This document shows, one piece after another, positions 14,771-29,638 of a stretch of DNA of 64,000 nucleotides. This DNA is from the human T2T-CHM13v2.0 reference genome, Homo sapiens. The stretch's first letter is position 1; the number at the start of each line of letters is the position of its first letter. The DNA is taken from assembly GCF_009914755.1 (NCBI RefSeq), contig NC_060929.1. One strand, given 5' to 3'. The notes under the pieces are model-generated. The model had not been told where the DNA came from and did not search any database. It saw only the letters and a list, made by a program, of their open reading frames with translations. A program made the translations under genes and the position numbers.

Positions 14771-16690
14771 AAGTCATATTGTCCAAATGGATGGCCCCAA
14801 AATGCTTATAGCATTTCTAGTTGGGTGAAATGATCTAGAATGATTGTAAATGTCTTATTTATACTATTGTGAATTACTTGAATTTTCTTCGGGAAATGTT
14901 TTAAGTCTATACTTCAAATGAAAATGCATGCATTTTATAATTACTAAAGAAAAAATAACTAACCGATTAATAGGAAATGATTTAATATACCCTTTCTGGG
15001 TCTGTAATTTATATTTTAGGTGAAAGGTATTAGAATATGTGAAAGTATTTAACAATATAAAAGAAAATAAAAATATTGACTATATTAATATAAATACATT
15101 TCCAGCAGAAGGGATGCACCACGATACTGAATTTAACAATAAGAATATAGTTTCTATTTCATATTAGAGTCACTAGGATTCTAATTGCAATGCAAGTGAA
15201 GTTAAATCTATTACATTATATAAAAGTAAACTATATCCTATAATGCAAAATCACTAGACTTCTTTCCTTTGAACTTTTTCATTCAGCTTTCCCCAAAACC
15301 TTTTTTCTTCCAAAACTAAGAAATTGCATTTTAATCTTTAAAAACATATATTATAGTTGAAAAGAAATCAGTAACTTTAATCTTTCCCAAGAAACAAGAT
15401 ATTCTAAATGCAAATTTTGAATTACTTTTAAATACTCGAAACTGTATTAGCTGTAATTTACCTGGCCTTTCAAAAACAAGATTTCATAAATCACTCACAA
15501 AATTTTCTAGAGATTATTTTTTTCTTTGAACCATCTATATACTAATAAAAACTAGTAATGAGAAACTGCCTTCCATCTAAATGCTAAATCCTCTGCTAGT
15601 ATATTTTATGAAAAAATGTAAGCATTCACCTGTATAATTGCTTTCCAAATTATTCCTCCCTTCATGTAACTATTCTACTTTTCTGTTTTTATATGAATTT
15701 GAGCTAAAATGATGTTGACATTTTATGTATTTATCACTGTCACTATCAGCTATCTACTTACCCTGTTTGGAAATTCTGCTTATTTTTCATTAACGTTGAT
15801 ATTAATTTCAGTATAATTCTATACTTAGGCAAACAGATTGGTAATTCATACATATCTGAATTTTTAAAATTGTAGCTATATAAATAACCTGATCTTGATG
15901 CATTTAAGATAAGTTAAGGAATTAAACCAAATTATATGTTTTATTGTTTATTGAATGGTACACATCATTCATATTAAATAGTACAATTAAATTGATGTTA
16001 AGAAATGATTAATCTATATTAAACATAAAATTCACATTTTAGGAAACTTATGGGTATCACACATTTTGTGCAGTAATCAGGTCTCCTCCTTTTTCTCCCA
16101 AATTAATAAATCAGGAACACCATTAATGAAATTTCTATGAAATCCCTCACAATCCTGCTACCCTTCTCTCTATTGCTGCTGACTACATAGTATTGTCGTA
16201 AATTATTAAATTGAGTATAAATGATATTACCTCATCTTACATGTAACCAATATATTTATTTGTATAAAATACTACTCAAAGTAATGTTAATATATTGAAG
16301 TGACTGTTCTAAAAATTGTCTATAGATTTATCTTGTAATTGGTGTACCAAAATTGTATACAGTATTTATATAATATTCACTATATAGGGTGAACTATACT
16401 CGATATTTGAATTTTAGAGTCAATTATAGATTATACAATATCTGATATCAAGTGGATTCCAAACTACAGAGTCCCAATCACACATCTTTTACCTATTTTT
16501 ATAACTGAGGAAGCTGGTAGGCACACAGTGGTGGAGTTACCATACTGAGGTGGATTGTGGTGATTTACCAAAAATCTGCCCCAAGGCCCATCAATAGGCC
16601 TTTTTTCTTGTAACTGGAGAATTATTAGGCTTTATCCACGTATCTCAACGGTTATACACACGCATACACAAAAAACACCCTACTGTTTAT

Positions 16691-17280
16691 GTTTTCTTAA
16701 CTTTAAGTTCAGGAGTACAAGTGCAGGTTTGTTACATAGGTAAACTTGTGTCATGGGGTTTTGTTGTACAGATTATTTCATCAGCAAGATATTAACCCTA
16801 GTTAATCTAAAACCCCTTAGACGTTTTCCCAATGCTTTCCCTCCTCTCACCTTTCACCCTCCAAAAAGTCCCAGCCTGTGTCCTTCCCCTCTATATGTTC
16901 TCATCATTTAGCCCCTACTTGTAAGTGAGAACATGTGGTTTTTGGTTTTCTGTTAGTGTGTTAGTTTGCTAAAGATAATGGCATCTAGCTCCATCCATGT
17001 TCCTACAAAGGATATGATCTCATTTTCTTTTATGGCTGCGTAGTATTTCATGGTGTATATGTACCACATTTTCTTTGCCTGGTCTATCATTGATGGACAC
17101 TTAGGTTGATTCCATGTCTTTGCTATTGTGGATAGTACTGCAATGAACGTATGCATGCATGAGTCTATGATACAATGATTTATATTCCTTTTGGCATATA
17201 CTCAGTAATGGGATTGCTGGGTCAAATGGTACTTCTATCTTTAGGTCTTTGAGGAGCCACTACAGTGTCTTCCACAATGG
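16691..17280 (-). mobile_element. 5'-truncated L1PA (older L1PA13-16-like) 3' end
   Basis: ORF 16953-17156 gives the L1 ORF2p C-terminus (AKTWNQPKCP...MWYIYTMKYYAAIK); TSD CCCTACTGTTTAT 16678-16690 / CCCTACTCTTCAT 17281-17293. Confidence 0.93.
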
Positions 17281-17739
17281 CCCTACTCTTCATACAGTTA
17301 ATAACACTATTGGACTACCCTCACTGCTAAAAAGCAAAACAACAATGAAAAGCGGCCAACAACAAAAACCTCATGAGCAATAAGGACGCTTAGGATTCCA
17401 ACTCTTTCACCTACACTGATTACAATAAATGGTGCTGTACAGCTTTTGCTAAAGTGTAACATCTTATGTTACATCCACAAACCTACTCTGGTGAAGAAAC
17501 TTAGTTCTCTGAGAATGATAAAAATGAGTTAACCTTTCCATTATCAGTTGTGTCTCGTGGCATTTTCTAAATAAGATCAGGTTACTTTAAACATAAAAAG
17601 GCACTTTTAATCCAAGTAGGGGATTAGACTCATTATATATTCCCTGAGAAAGTCAGTATTTGGTAACATGTTCTAAGCAAGGGAGGAATCCTATTTAAAT
17701 GGAAATTTTATTGTTAATTTTTTTGAATATTGAAAAATA

Positions 17740-18042
17740 GGCCAGGCACGGTGGCTCACGCCTGTAATCCCAGCACTTTGGGAGGCCGAGGCGGGTGGAT
17801 CATGAGGTCAGGAGATCGAGACCATCCTGGCTAACACCGTGAAACTCCGTCTCTACTAAATATACAAAAAATAAGCCGGGCGAGGTGGCGGGCGCCTGTA
17901 GTCCCAGCTACTCGGGAGGCTGAGGCAGGAGAATGGCGTGAACCTGGGAGGCGGAGCTTTCAGTGAGCAGAGACCGCGCCACTGCCCTCCAGCCTGGGCG
18001 ACAGAGCGAGACTCCGTCTCAAAAAAAAAAAAAAAAAAAAAA
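17740..18042 (+). mobile_element. AluY
   Basis: GAGATCGAGACCATCCTGGCTAAC, AATGGCGTGAACC, many CpGs retained, pure A tail. Confidence 0.96.
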
Positions 18043-19903
18043 GAAAGAAATAATTTTCAGTTGATTTTTAAAGAAAAGAATGTAAAGCAATCTAGTAAAC
18101 AACCTTTACCAGCTAAATATATGAACCATAACTAAAAGAGAAGTTCTTGTTCAAGTAGAGAAGTAAAAATTTAGCTACCTCTGTCAACAAAGATACTAAT
18201 AAATAATATCAAGAGCAAATGTTTTATGATGGTGCATTGACTTCTGTCCTCAGAGCCTGAAAGACTTATGCTGCTTACTAGATAGGTTGAATTGATGAGG
18301 GAAAAAAAGCCCCATCATTTGTTGTTAATTATGGATTTAAAATCGCAAAGTGCTTCCATTTACTCACATAATTAAACCCTCTATATCATAAATATTGATC
18401 TTGGTGTTATTTTTTTGTTTGCCTTTCCTAAAAATGCTAACAGACTGATGCTATCATTTAGATAATTTTGAAAGGTCTTTTCCTAGTGTAATTAAAGAAC
18501 GAAATGGAGGAAAATGTTTTCTGTTTGCTCTTTATCAAAGAGAATGATGCTCTAAGTCCAATTAGCTGTATTAATATTTCAAAGTGTTCTAACATGTTCA
18601 TGTTTTGGGTTCTTATCATCCATAGGGTGATTTAGAGGCCATTATCTGGATACATGCAAAAGAAAAGCAACGGTTTGCAATAGATTCATATTTCAGATAT
18701 CAGGGCCTACAGCAGCAGGTCTGCCCTGCTATTACTGAGGAAGGTATTTATCATCAACATTTTCTTGTTTCAGATAAAACTGCTGAAGATAATAAGATTA
18801 CTTTTAAACATAATCTTCACAATATGCCTTATGATTTAAATCTAGTCTCTTTCATTTTTGCATTCTTAATTTTGGTAACAGTTCCTAGTGGACTATAACA
18901 AGTATTTGTTCAACATCTTTTAAAAGCATTTACTTGTCTGCTACTAAGTGCCAGGCACAACACTAATTACTTTGAGCTAACAGTGAGAGAGGTAGACACT
19001 AAAAGAAAAAGACACAGATGAATATAGCACAGAAGTTAGACAAGTTTTGGAGCCTCGATGCACTGCATAAGAATGTCCACAGAGATTTCATGGCAGGGAT
19101 ATGGCCTTTCTGAGGAAAAGACATCTATCTTAAAATTTGCAGGGTGAGGGAGGGCTCTCCAGCTTGTTGACTTGAATAGATATGCTGGATAGAGAATTCC
19201 TGGTGTTACCTAAAAGTTTATTGGACTAATCGTAAACATTTAAAACAGCATCTAAATCATTATCTATTTGTTGGAAAATGGATAATGACATGAGCCTTCT
19301 GTAAGAAATTCAAAGTCACATTTCAATAAAAGTTATAATAGTTCATTAAAATGTGTCAAAGATTAATATTTGAAATGAGCGCACATTTGTTTGCCTTTTA
19401 ATTTCTAATTTTTGTAATGTTTCATATGTCTTTACTGGCCTGTATGTAATTAAAAGAGAACTAAAATGAAGCCAAAGACAAACAAATCAACACATTAAAT
19501 TCTCAGTCTACTGTGACTTCTCTTGATTTGCCCCCAGCCCCCCAAAATTAAGTCCTCTATATCACTATTTTATTAAGTAATTAAAAATAAAGATCCTATC
19601 CTTCCTCTAAAAGTTAGGTAACCCATTGTTTCTATCAATTTAGAAAAGATTTTAAAATGTCAGAACTTTGAATGAGTAGCAAATTTCGCATCAACTAGAA
19701 TTTTCTCATATTTTTGTTCACACAGATCATGGCAGATATTAGACTTAAGCAAACACATAGGCTTCAAGATAATTTTGCTGTTGTTGCCTCCCTAAGTTAT
19801 TTTTAGGACATCATTTTTTTTTCAAAAAGAGTTTTGGTTTTTGACTTTTTTTTTCTTTTTTACTGGACTTTACCAGGAGCAAAGTACATTTAAAATACAC
19901 TTA

Positions 19904-20203
19904 GAGGTGGAGTGTGGTGGCTCACACCTGTAATCCCAGCACTTTGCAAGGCCAAGGTAAGCCCATCGCTTGAGCCCAGGAGTTGGAGACCATCCTGGGA
20001 AACATGGTGAAACTTTGTCTCTACAAAAAATACAAAAAATGAGCCAGACATGGTGGTGCATGCCTGTGGTCCCAGCTACTCAGGAGACAAAAGACGGGAG
20101 AATCACCTGAGCCCAGGAATTTGAGGCTGCAGTGAGCCGGGATTGTACCACTGCACTCGAGTGTGGGCAACAGTGAAGCCCTATCTCAAAAAAAAAAAAA
20201 AAA
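19904..20203 (+). mobile_element. Alu (AluJ)
   Basis: TTGAGCCCAGGAG, GAGGCTGCAGTGAGC; TSD AAAATACAC on both sides. Confidence 0.92.
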
Positions 20204-20721
20204 TACACCTTGCATTCAATTTTATCCAATAGTGTCCAAAGGACACATTGCCCAAACTGCACAATCTTAACCCTAACAGAAGTGCATGAGCTTTTCCTCA
20301 AACAAGTTTCCAAAGGTGTTGCCGATCAATAGGACTGCCATAGTTTTTTCCATTGCAAATGCCCAGGTGTCAGGCTAAACAGGCAGAGAGATTACCCCTG
20401 GGAGGCAGGGCACAGATCCAGGGTTTTTAAAAGTTTATTCTTCATCATTTCAAAAGATTATCAGTATTTGCAATGCTCACGCAAATTCTTCTGAAATGCA
20501 GTATCATTTAAAAAAGAAATGCAAATATTTTTCCAGCAAGAAATTATTTATAACATATTTTCTTCTATGTATTTTTATCAATCAAGGTAAAATATGTTAT
20601 TTAGTCTTTGTGGGTTATTGACTAGTATTAAAAAAATTATTATGACTTTTCAGATAGTATTACCTGTTATCTCTTATGTTCATATTTGATTATTGTTTTC
20701 AGCCTAAATTCACTAATTGCC

Positions 20722-21610
20722 AAAATTGAGATACAAATCAAAACAACAGTGAGATATCGCCTCATGCCTGTTAGGATTCTGTTTTAAACAAACAAAAGAT
20801 AACAAGTGTTGGCAAAGATCTGAAGAAATGGGAACTCTTGTACACTGTTGATGGGAATGTAAAATGGTTCAGCTGCTATAGAAAACAGTACAGCGTTTTC
20901 TTAAAAATTAAAAATAGAATTACTATATGATCCAGTAATCTCACTTCCGGTTATCGATATTCAGAAAATTGAAATCAGGATCTCAAAGAAATATCTGTAC
21001 CTTCATGTTCATGGCAGCATAAGACATAACTGGCAAGATACAGAAAACAATCTAAATCAACCTAAAGCGACAGATGAATTGATAGAGAAAATGTGGCGTA
21101 TTTACAGTGGTATATTATTGAGCCTTAAAAAATAAGGAATGCCTGCCATTTGCAACAATATGGATGAATCTGAAGGACATTGTTAAGAGAAACAAGCCAG
21201 TCACAGGAAAAATGCTGCATCTTCCACTCACATGAAGTATCTGAAATATTCATACTCAAAGAAGCAGAGAGTAGAATGATAGTTGCCAGGAGCTGATGGA
21301 AGGAAGACATAAGGAGTCACTTTTAATGAGTGTAAAGTGTCAGTAATGCAAGATAAACAAGTTCTACAGATCTGCTGTACAACACAGTGCCTATAATCAA
21401 CCATACAGTTTTGTGCAGTTAAAACACTGTTTTGTAAAAAACTTGTTAGGAGGGTAGATCTCATGTTAAGTGCGCTTGCACTTAAGAGAAAAACAAAACG
21501 AGGGGGTATGAGGAAACTTTTAGAGTGAAGGATAAGTTATTTGTTAAATTATATACATTAATTATATGTTGTATTTTAGTATATCAATTATGCACCAATG
21601 AAGCTGTTAA
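20722..21610 (+). mobile_element. L1MB/L1MA10-like 3' portion
   Basis: CAAATCAAAACAACAGTGAGATA, ACACTGTTGATGGGAATGTAAAATGG, GCCATTTGCAACAATATGGATGAA, GGGTAGATCTCATGTTAAGTG. Confidence 0.88.
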
Positions 21611-22949
21611 ACAAATTAATGTGGATCATGACTGAAGGCAAAAGAAAGAAAATCAATGAAGTCCATGTAAACTTTCAAAACAATTATCTACAAAATCCTG
21701 ATTTCTATTGGGATAGGGACTACTTGAGGAAAGAACCCATGAACGTTAAAATGAGAGAATACCAACTAAGAGTCCTAATTTTATATGTTATTTGGTAGGC
21801 CGTCATATTTCAGATAAGAAAACCGAGTTCAAAAAGAACCAGGATTCTGAAGCATAATCCAGTAGACTTCCTCATATATTTTGTGAAGACAATATTTTCC
21901 TGCCACACAATCAGGTCTGTAAAGGACCTCACAGCATGCTTGACATGTTAGCTGATCATTTGCTCTTTTGACTCTACCTTGTGCAGATTTATTATCAAGA
22001 AAAAAATCTCCAATTTAGCCCAAAAAGTAGTCTTCCCCTCTACGTACCTTTATGTTGAACAAACCTAGCTGAAACCAGAGAAAAACATTCTTGCTAGCAA
22101 ATCAAATATTTAAAACTTATCATGTATATAACTTTACCCATATTCTTCTTATAAAACCATCTGTAATAGAAAGTAATTTTCCACATTTTATAAGATTTTT
22201 TAATGAAATCCAGTTTAGAAAAATTTTTAGCATAATATTAAGGTTTAATGTTGTCAGCATAAGAGAATAGTGGAATTTAACCCTTAGTAAGATATTAAAA
22301 CACATTTTCTTGATTATGCCTCATATTCTCTGTTTTACTCACTATCGTATGTTAAGCCTACATGCCATCATCAAATCTCTACCAAGCTAATAAATATGAT
22401 TGTGTCGGGGATTTTCCCAAAAAATATATACCATTCACCTTGGAAGATGATAAATTGATAAATGTCCATCATAAAATGTCCAAACCAATGCAGTCAATTC
22501 ATCCATATGGCCAGTGTGTTCTTTCAGTGATGGATCTCCTCTGACAATGCAATGCTTCATTTGCCTAGCTGGTAATTTAGTCAAGTTTCTTAAAAAATTA
22601 TCTAGTGACTTTTGGAAAGTATATAGGAAGAAACTCACACCTCCCCCTTCTCTTCAACTACCACCCTTCTCTTCTCTTTGTTACTTTGAAGATATACAGA
22701 TTTTTTTAATTGATCAATGAAATTAGAAAAGAAAATACAGGCTTTATAATGAAAAGTTTCTGGAAAATGTAACCACTTTTGAGACTATGTCATGTCAAAA
22801 TTTTTGCCATGTCACGTCTATTAACTGCAGGAAAGGTTGAACAAAAAATTTTAAGACACTTCTGCTGTCTCAAGTTTTTAAAAATCTACTTAGAGACACA
22901 AATTTTAAACAAACATTGAAAACTACAATATATATGAACACATTCTTTT

Positions 22950-23290
22950 TTTAAATAACTATTTATTGAATACCTACACTATGCCAGGAGCTGTTCTAGG
23001 TATTGGGAATACAGCTGTAGACATGATTTCTGCAAACATGAAGATGATTTCCTAGTGGTGAAATGCAAATCGAAGAAAAGCAAACAAGTAAAGCCTTTTA
23101 AGTGATAGATAGTTGCTGGGCTTGTTACTCTAAGACCATGTAGTGATGGAAGACCCTATGACAAGGAGGTAGGCGAGTAGAGCTCTGTACACAGTGAGGG
23201 AATGAGCTTTGTGAATATCTGCTGGAAAAATTTAGCCACATAGGGAACAGAAATATAGGAAACCTTATGCAGAATTGAAATCAGCCTATC
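22950..23290 (-). mobile_element. L2 3' end
   Basis: TATTTATTGAATACCTAC..ATGCCAGGAGCTGTTCTAGGTATTGGGAATACAG is the reverse L2 terminus. Confidence 0.8.
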
Positions 23291-23294
23291 CAGG

Positions 23295-23349
23295 TTGAAA
23301 CCAGGATAAGACCAGGTTGGGCAACATAGCAAGGACCTGTCTCTTTCAA

Positions 23350-23411
<62 letters not shown>

Positions 23412-23514
23412 TTAATTAATTGGGCATGGTGGCATGTGGCTGTAGTCCCTACTACTCTGAAGGCTGAGATGGGAGGATCACTTGAGCCCAGGAATTGGAG
23501 GTTGTAGTGAGCTA
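23295..23514 (+). mobile_element. Doubly truncated AluJ fragment
   Basis: GGGCAACATAGCAAG..[TA repeat]..GGGCATGGTGGC..GGAGGATCACTTGAGCCCAGGA; no 5' end and no A tail. Confidence 0.85.
23353..23408. repeat. (TA)28 microsatellite
   Basis: Uninterrupted TA run counted directly. Confidence 0.97.
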
Positions 23515-24538
23515 ATATTCAGGTTCAGGTAAGACATGAGTATAGAAAATGAGAAATAAGTGATAGAAGATATCAGGGGCCATATAAGATCGGGAATTCC
23601 AAATTTCAGAAACAAACTTCTTCTAACCGTAAGAAATTGTTTATAGCAAACATACTTTATCTAAAAGGTGGAGTGTAGTGTTGCTAAACTTAAAAACTAG
23701 AAATAATGCATAGAAAATTCAAGAAAGTCACAAAGAAAATATTGATATATTTGGATGCTAGGTTACAAGTGATATTGATTATCTTCTTTTTCTCCTCCAG
23801 AAACATCATTTTTCTAAAAAACAGTATTTATGATTTATTGAAAAGTAAAAGCATATATTACAAAATATATTTATGCTAAATTAGCATTTATCCTCTGACT
23901 TTCTATCACCAGTGGCTTGCTTGAAAGTGAGGGATTTCACGGGTAGGTCTTAGGCAGATGCATGATGTGAGGTTTGCTTGGAAGACAACGATTTTGAGGG
24001 GAAGCAAAGTGGAGAATTAAAGAGAGTAGACACAGCTTTAGACATACTTGGATCTGAACTCTGTCTCCCAACTCTACTTCTTTAATCATGTTGCACACTC
24101 CTTCAGTTTGAGACATGAAAAGTATATTGAAAGCATAATGAGAATTGTGCAGCCAGTAAACACTGAATGTGGAAGGAAAGACGATCACCATGAACTTGGA
24201 CTAGACAGTACTGACATGGACTCAATTCCTTCAAACTTGAAGCCTTGAAGTAAAGGCAAACCTGTTTTTTAACAATATATGTACTAAATCAGCAGGGAGA
24301 TGCCAGCACAGACAAAGTATAAAGAAAAACAACAATAAATAGGATGAGGAAATAGAAACATTTGCCATCCCTCCTGGCACATGTGAGTCTCACAGAAATT
24401 AGGCCAAATTCTAGCAATTGCTTATATTGCACAAATATGTTTCTTCAAATTACACATACATATTTCTCCTATTTTGATTTATGTAATAACAGGATTACAT
24501 AATAATATAGTATAACAATAACAACATATTATATATAA

Positions 24539-24602
24539 TATCCAAAGACTCTTGAAGAATGAGTATATAATTACATAGTCATTTTTCAAGGGTCTTTGGA
24601 TA
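24539..24602. repeat. 64-bp near-perfect palindrome
   Basis: Manual pairing of 32 positions: 28 Watson-Crick, 2 G-T, 2 mismatches, no spacer. Confidence 0.95.
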
Positions 24603-24817
24603 CATATTTGTAAAGATCTAAAAAATATTAGGGAAAATAGAATTTTACCTTACTATCTTAGAAAATGTATAATGCAGTTTTTTGTAAAGGAAAATTTCTA
24701 TGTACTTCTACGTTGATATTTCAATGAAAATACACCACATGAATGTTGTTCAGGTGTATAAAAACTTATCCATTGTTTATTATCTTATTTATGGAGAAAT
24801 TTGGTATACTGCACAAG

Positions 24818-25185
<368 letters not shown>

Positions 25186-26072
25186 TAAAGTTAAATCATT
25201 TGGATTTTCTCCAGAAAGCATTTGTATTAAATTAGATTTAGAGTATTATTTGTATAGTTTTATCTTCCATTTTCTTTTCTGTTCTCTTTAGCCTTAAAGT
25301 TTACAACATAGCTTTAAGTTAGATTTTACCTTATCTTATATATTCACATGGACTAACAAAACAGGTACAGCATGGAAGAAATTGTTTTATGATTTTCCAA
25401 ATAATAGAGGAAAACACCTTAGCTACAAGGGAGAAATTAATCATATCAAAATAATGACACAAATGCCTACCTTTCCATTTTCTTGATTTACTCATACATT
25501 TCTAATGTTTTTATTAAGAAATATTTTGCTAGGAGGATATCAGAGCAAAAGAATACACAGCCCAAGAGGGGCAATAGGGTTAAAGCATTTCTGGTCCAAT
25601 AGTGGCATGTCTTCAGCACTGGATAAGGGACCTTTTTCAAAGTGACTTCCAAGGAAGCAGGACCAACGCAGCTGGAAAGCCTCACCCACTGTCAGCTGCA
25701 CATAGCTGCTGCCCCGTGCCTGCCCTCAGCCTCTCCTCATCAAGTGTTTTCTACTGGTTGCCCCAGCCAGAATCACCTCTCTGTTTCTTCCCATGATGTC
25801 CTTGCTGGCACTGGCTTCATGACAACTCTCCTTTCTCCTCTGAAACATAGTTCTAGTTATAGTCTCAGAAATTGTCACCTTTCCTATCATACACTAGGTC
25901 CTTCAGAACATTGTGGTCCTAGATATAAAAGTCACCACCCACTAACTAATATTATCACTTTATTGCCTTCCAGATGTTAAAGTAAGACACACAAAAAACT
26001 CATCTTGTGATAATCTAAGTCAATACAACAAGTAGAAATAGGCTTTGAATTACAGATGAAGCAAAAGGATGA

Positions 26073-26395
<323 letters not shown>

Positions 26396-26631
26396 AGTAA
26401 CTTGTAATTTTAACCAATAGTTCTGGTGGTAGAGATTTGAAAAGGCCTACTTAAAACCAGACATAATTATGGGTAATTATGATGATACATAATCATTAGT
26501 TGCACAGTGAGGTGGTCATTATCTCCAACTTTCACATCTAGACCTGGAAGTTCATTGAGGTCAAGTGTTTGCAAAGATCTTCTGGCCTAACTTAGGGGTC
26601 AGAGAGCGCCATGTCTGGGGGCAAACCATAA

Positions 26632-26958
<327 letters not shown>

Positions 26959-28074
26959 TGAACAAACAATCAAAACAAGAAAGGATATTGATTATTAGAG
27001 TATATAGTGGACAACAAGGTAAAAAACAGGGATAAAATGTATATCGCATAATCACATAATTTGACAATAATAGAAGGAAAAATCAGGGATTTCCTGGATC
27101 TGATAGAGGAAATGCTGTAATTTAACTGCCAGGTGAAAGACAGTGAAACTTGAGGGCACAAAAAGTAATAGATACAAGGATATACATACATTAAATGAAC
27201 AATAAAGCAAAAACAAAAACAAAATAAAAACAGAAAGCTGAGTTGAACACTGAGTCTAGGAGCTGTAAAAATGTATGTCAATATATAAATTAGAGATGCA
27301 ATATCAAAAATATTCATTGCTCATTGACTAATGGCAAAAAAATCAGTACAAAATTGAAGAAAGCAAAACCTACTTACCTCAGGGCTAGCAAAACCTACCA
27401 CCTGCATGTGTTTTAATGTGCATACCCATATCCAGACCAACAGCTCACACTAACATAGAAGAAAATGTGAGCAACTGAGAACTGTGCTTAATATTGGCAT
27501 GCAATTCTGCATACTAAAATTTAACTTTTAACAACATTATGTGCTTGACTAGTTATGTAAATCCATCATATTTATTTCATATAACAGGCATGTCTGATAA
27601 TATAAATGTCAATTGGTTTTAACAACTTATTTTGATACCACGTCCATCACAGTAAAGTATTAATGGCAAAAGCAGAAGTCATGTAATATATTCTGGAATT
27701 GGGAATGGTGTAACTCATAGGAAAGTACTTTGTAACAAAGAAACGTACAATTGTAGTGTTCCAGTTTAACATGATTTGACACACCTCATACAGAAAAGTC
27801 CTGAAACTGACAGCTAAGTAAGTCTTCAAACAAAATCTGCCAATATTCGTTGTCTGCTTTTCCTTCACTACTTTTAAATAACGCAGCAAAAATGACTTAA
27901 TCATTTAAACCATATATAGATGGCCATTTATGGAGAAAATAGTGCAAAATAAAAGAAATATTTTTTTCCGTGGGTGTCAATTTACCTTGCCATCATTTAA
28001 ATGTTTTTTATTTTTCCAGTGTCATGGCTATCTTAAAAAATTGCAATTTTGTAAAGGAAGTCAAGTGAATGCAG

Positions 28075-28610
28075 TTTTATTAACTATGCCTTTTATTTCC
28101 CATATTTTAATGCTTTTACATTTTGGGGCTTCACTGATCCTGAAAGGACTGCCCCTCAAAGGGTTAGCTCATTCCAAGAGATAGCAAACAATTCCCTGGG
28201 AATGTGCCTTTCACATGCAAACCAACCAATCCAGAGGCCATACCTCTACTCATCTTCTTTACTGGGCTCTCAAACTCTGGGCCACTATCCATCTACCCTA
28301 ATTATCCTAGGGCCAACTACCAGACAACAAAGAACTGCACCTATTTCCAAGAGCCACTGAAATTCTTCAAGCTAGCCCATCCTAAACCTGCTTACCCTGC
28401 CTCATCAGCCCCTCCTGCAGAAATCACAAAGGTTTCCATAAAGATTCATTTGGCCACATTTGCCTCTTGCACCCTCTATCTACTGGCCAATACTGGTACT
28501 TCCCTATGTTGTCCCATGTGGCATGGCATGGCCCTGTTTCTAGAGAACTGTGAATGAAAACTTCTTCCTTAATGATAGTCATTTCTATGCTTGCATGTCT
28601 TAAATTATCT
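28075..28610 (+). mobile_element. MER74 LTR (ERVL)
   Basis: GGACTGCCCCTC..GAGATAG..ATGCAAACCAACCAATCCAGAG..CCTGCTTACCCTGCCTC match the recalled MER74. Confidence 0.8.
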
Positions 28611-28639
28611 GATTTTTAAAAATCCTGGTACCCTTATGA

Positions 28640-29082
<443 letters not shown>

Positions 29083-29359
29083 AAATCTTAAAAATAAAGG
29101 CCATTTGATAACTGAGTTATCAACTTTTTATTTTGCCATGGAATGACATTAGAATTAAAATGATCTTTCTACTGTTGGCATGATTTCAGTCGCAATTTTG
29201 GTATTGAAGATATAGCTACAAAAAATAATCTCAAGGAGTTTAAGTTTTAATTGGATATTATTTATTAAAAACACTAGCTGCATATGCTGCAATTTTATAG
29301 CTGTAAATGTAAAGACTGAAGATTTTAAAACTGCTTTGTGATGCCTTGTGCAGTGTAAC

Positions 29360-29638
29360 TTTTTTTTTTTTTTTTTTTTTTTGAGGCAGGGTCTCCCTCT
29401 GTGGCCCAGGCTAGAGCACAAATACGGTTCATTGCAGCCTCAACCTCCCTGGATCAAGCAATCCTCCTTCCTCAGCCTCTGGATTAGCTGGAACTACAGG
29501 CACATGCCCAGCTAATTTTAAAATTTTTCTGTAGAAATGAGGTCTCCCTATGTTGCCCAGGCTGGTCTTGAATTCCTGAGCTCAAGTGAGATCCTGCCTC
29601 GGCCTCCCAAAGTGCTGGGATTACAGGTGTGAGACACA
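29360..29638 (-). mobile_element. Alu (AluJ)
   Basis: Poly-T, GCAGCCTCAACCTCCC, CTATGTTGCCCAGG. Confidence 0.9.

Noticed and set aside
16953-17156. ORF with a clear protein match
   Set aside because: It is the C-terminus of L1 ORF2p in a 590-bp truncated dead copy.
29155-29200. ERSF peptide resembling the hAT dimerisation motif
   Set aside because: A four-residue match followed by a stop is compatible with chance.
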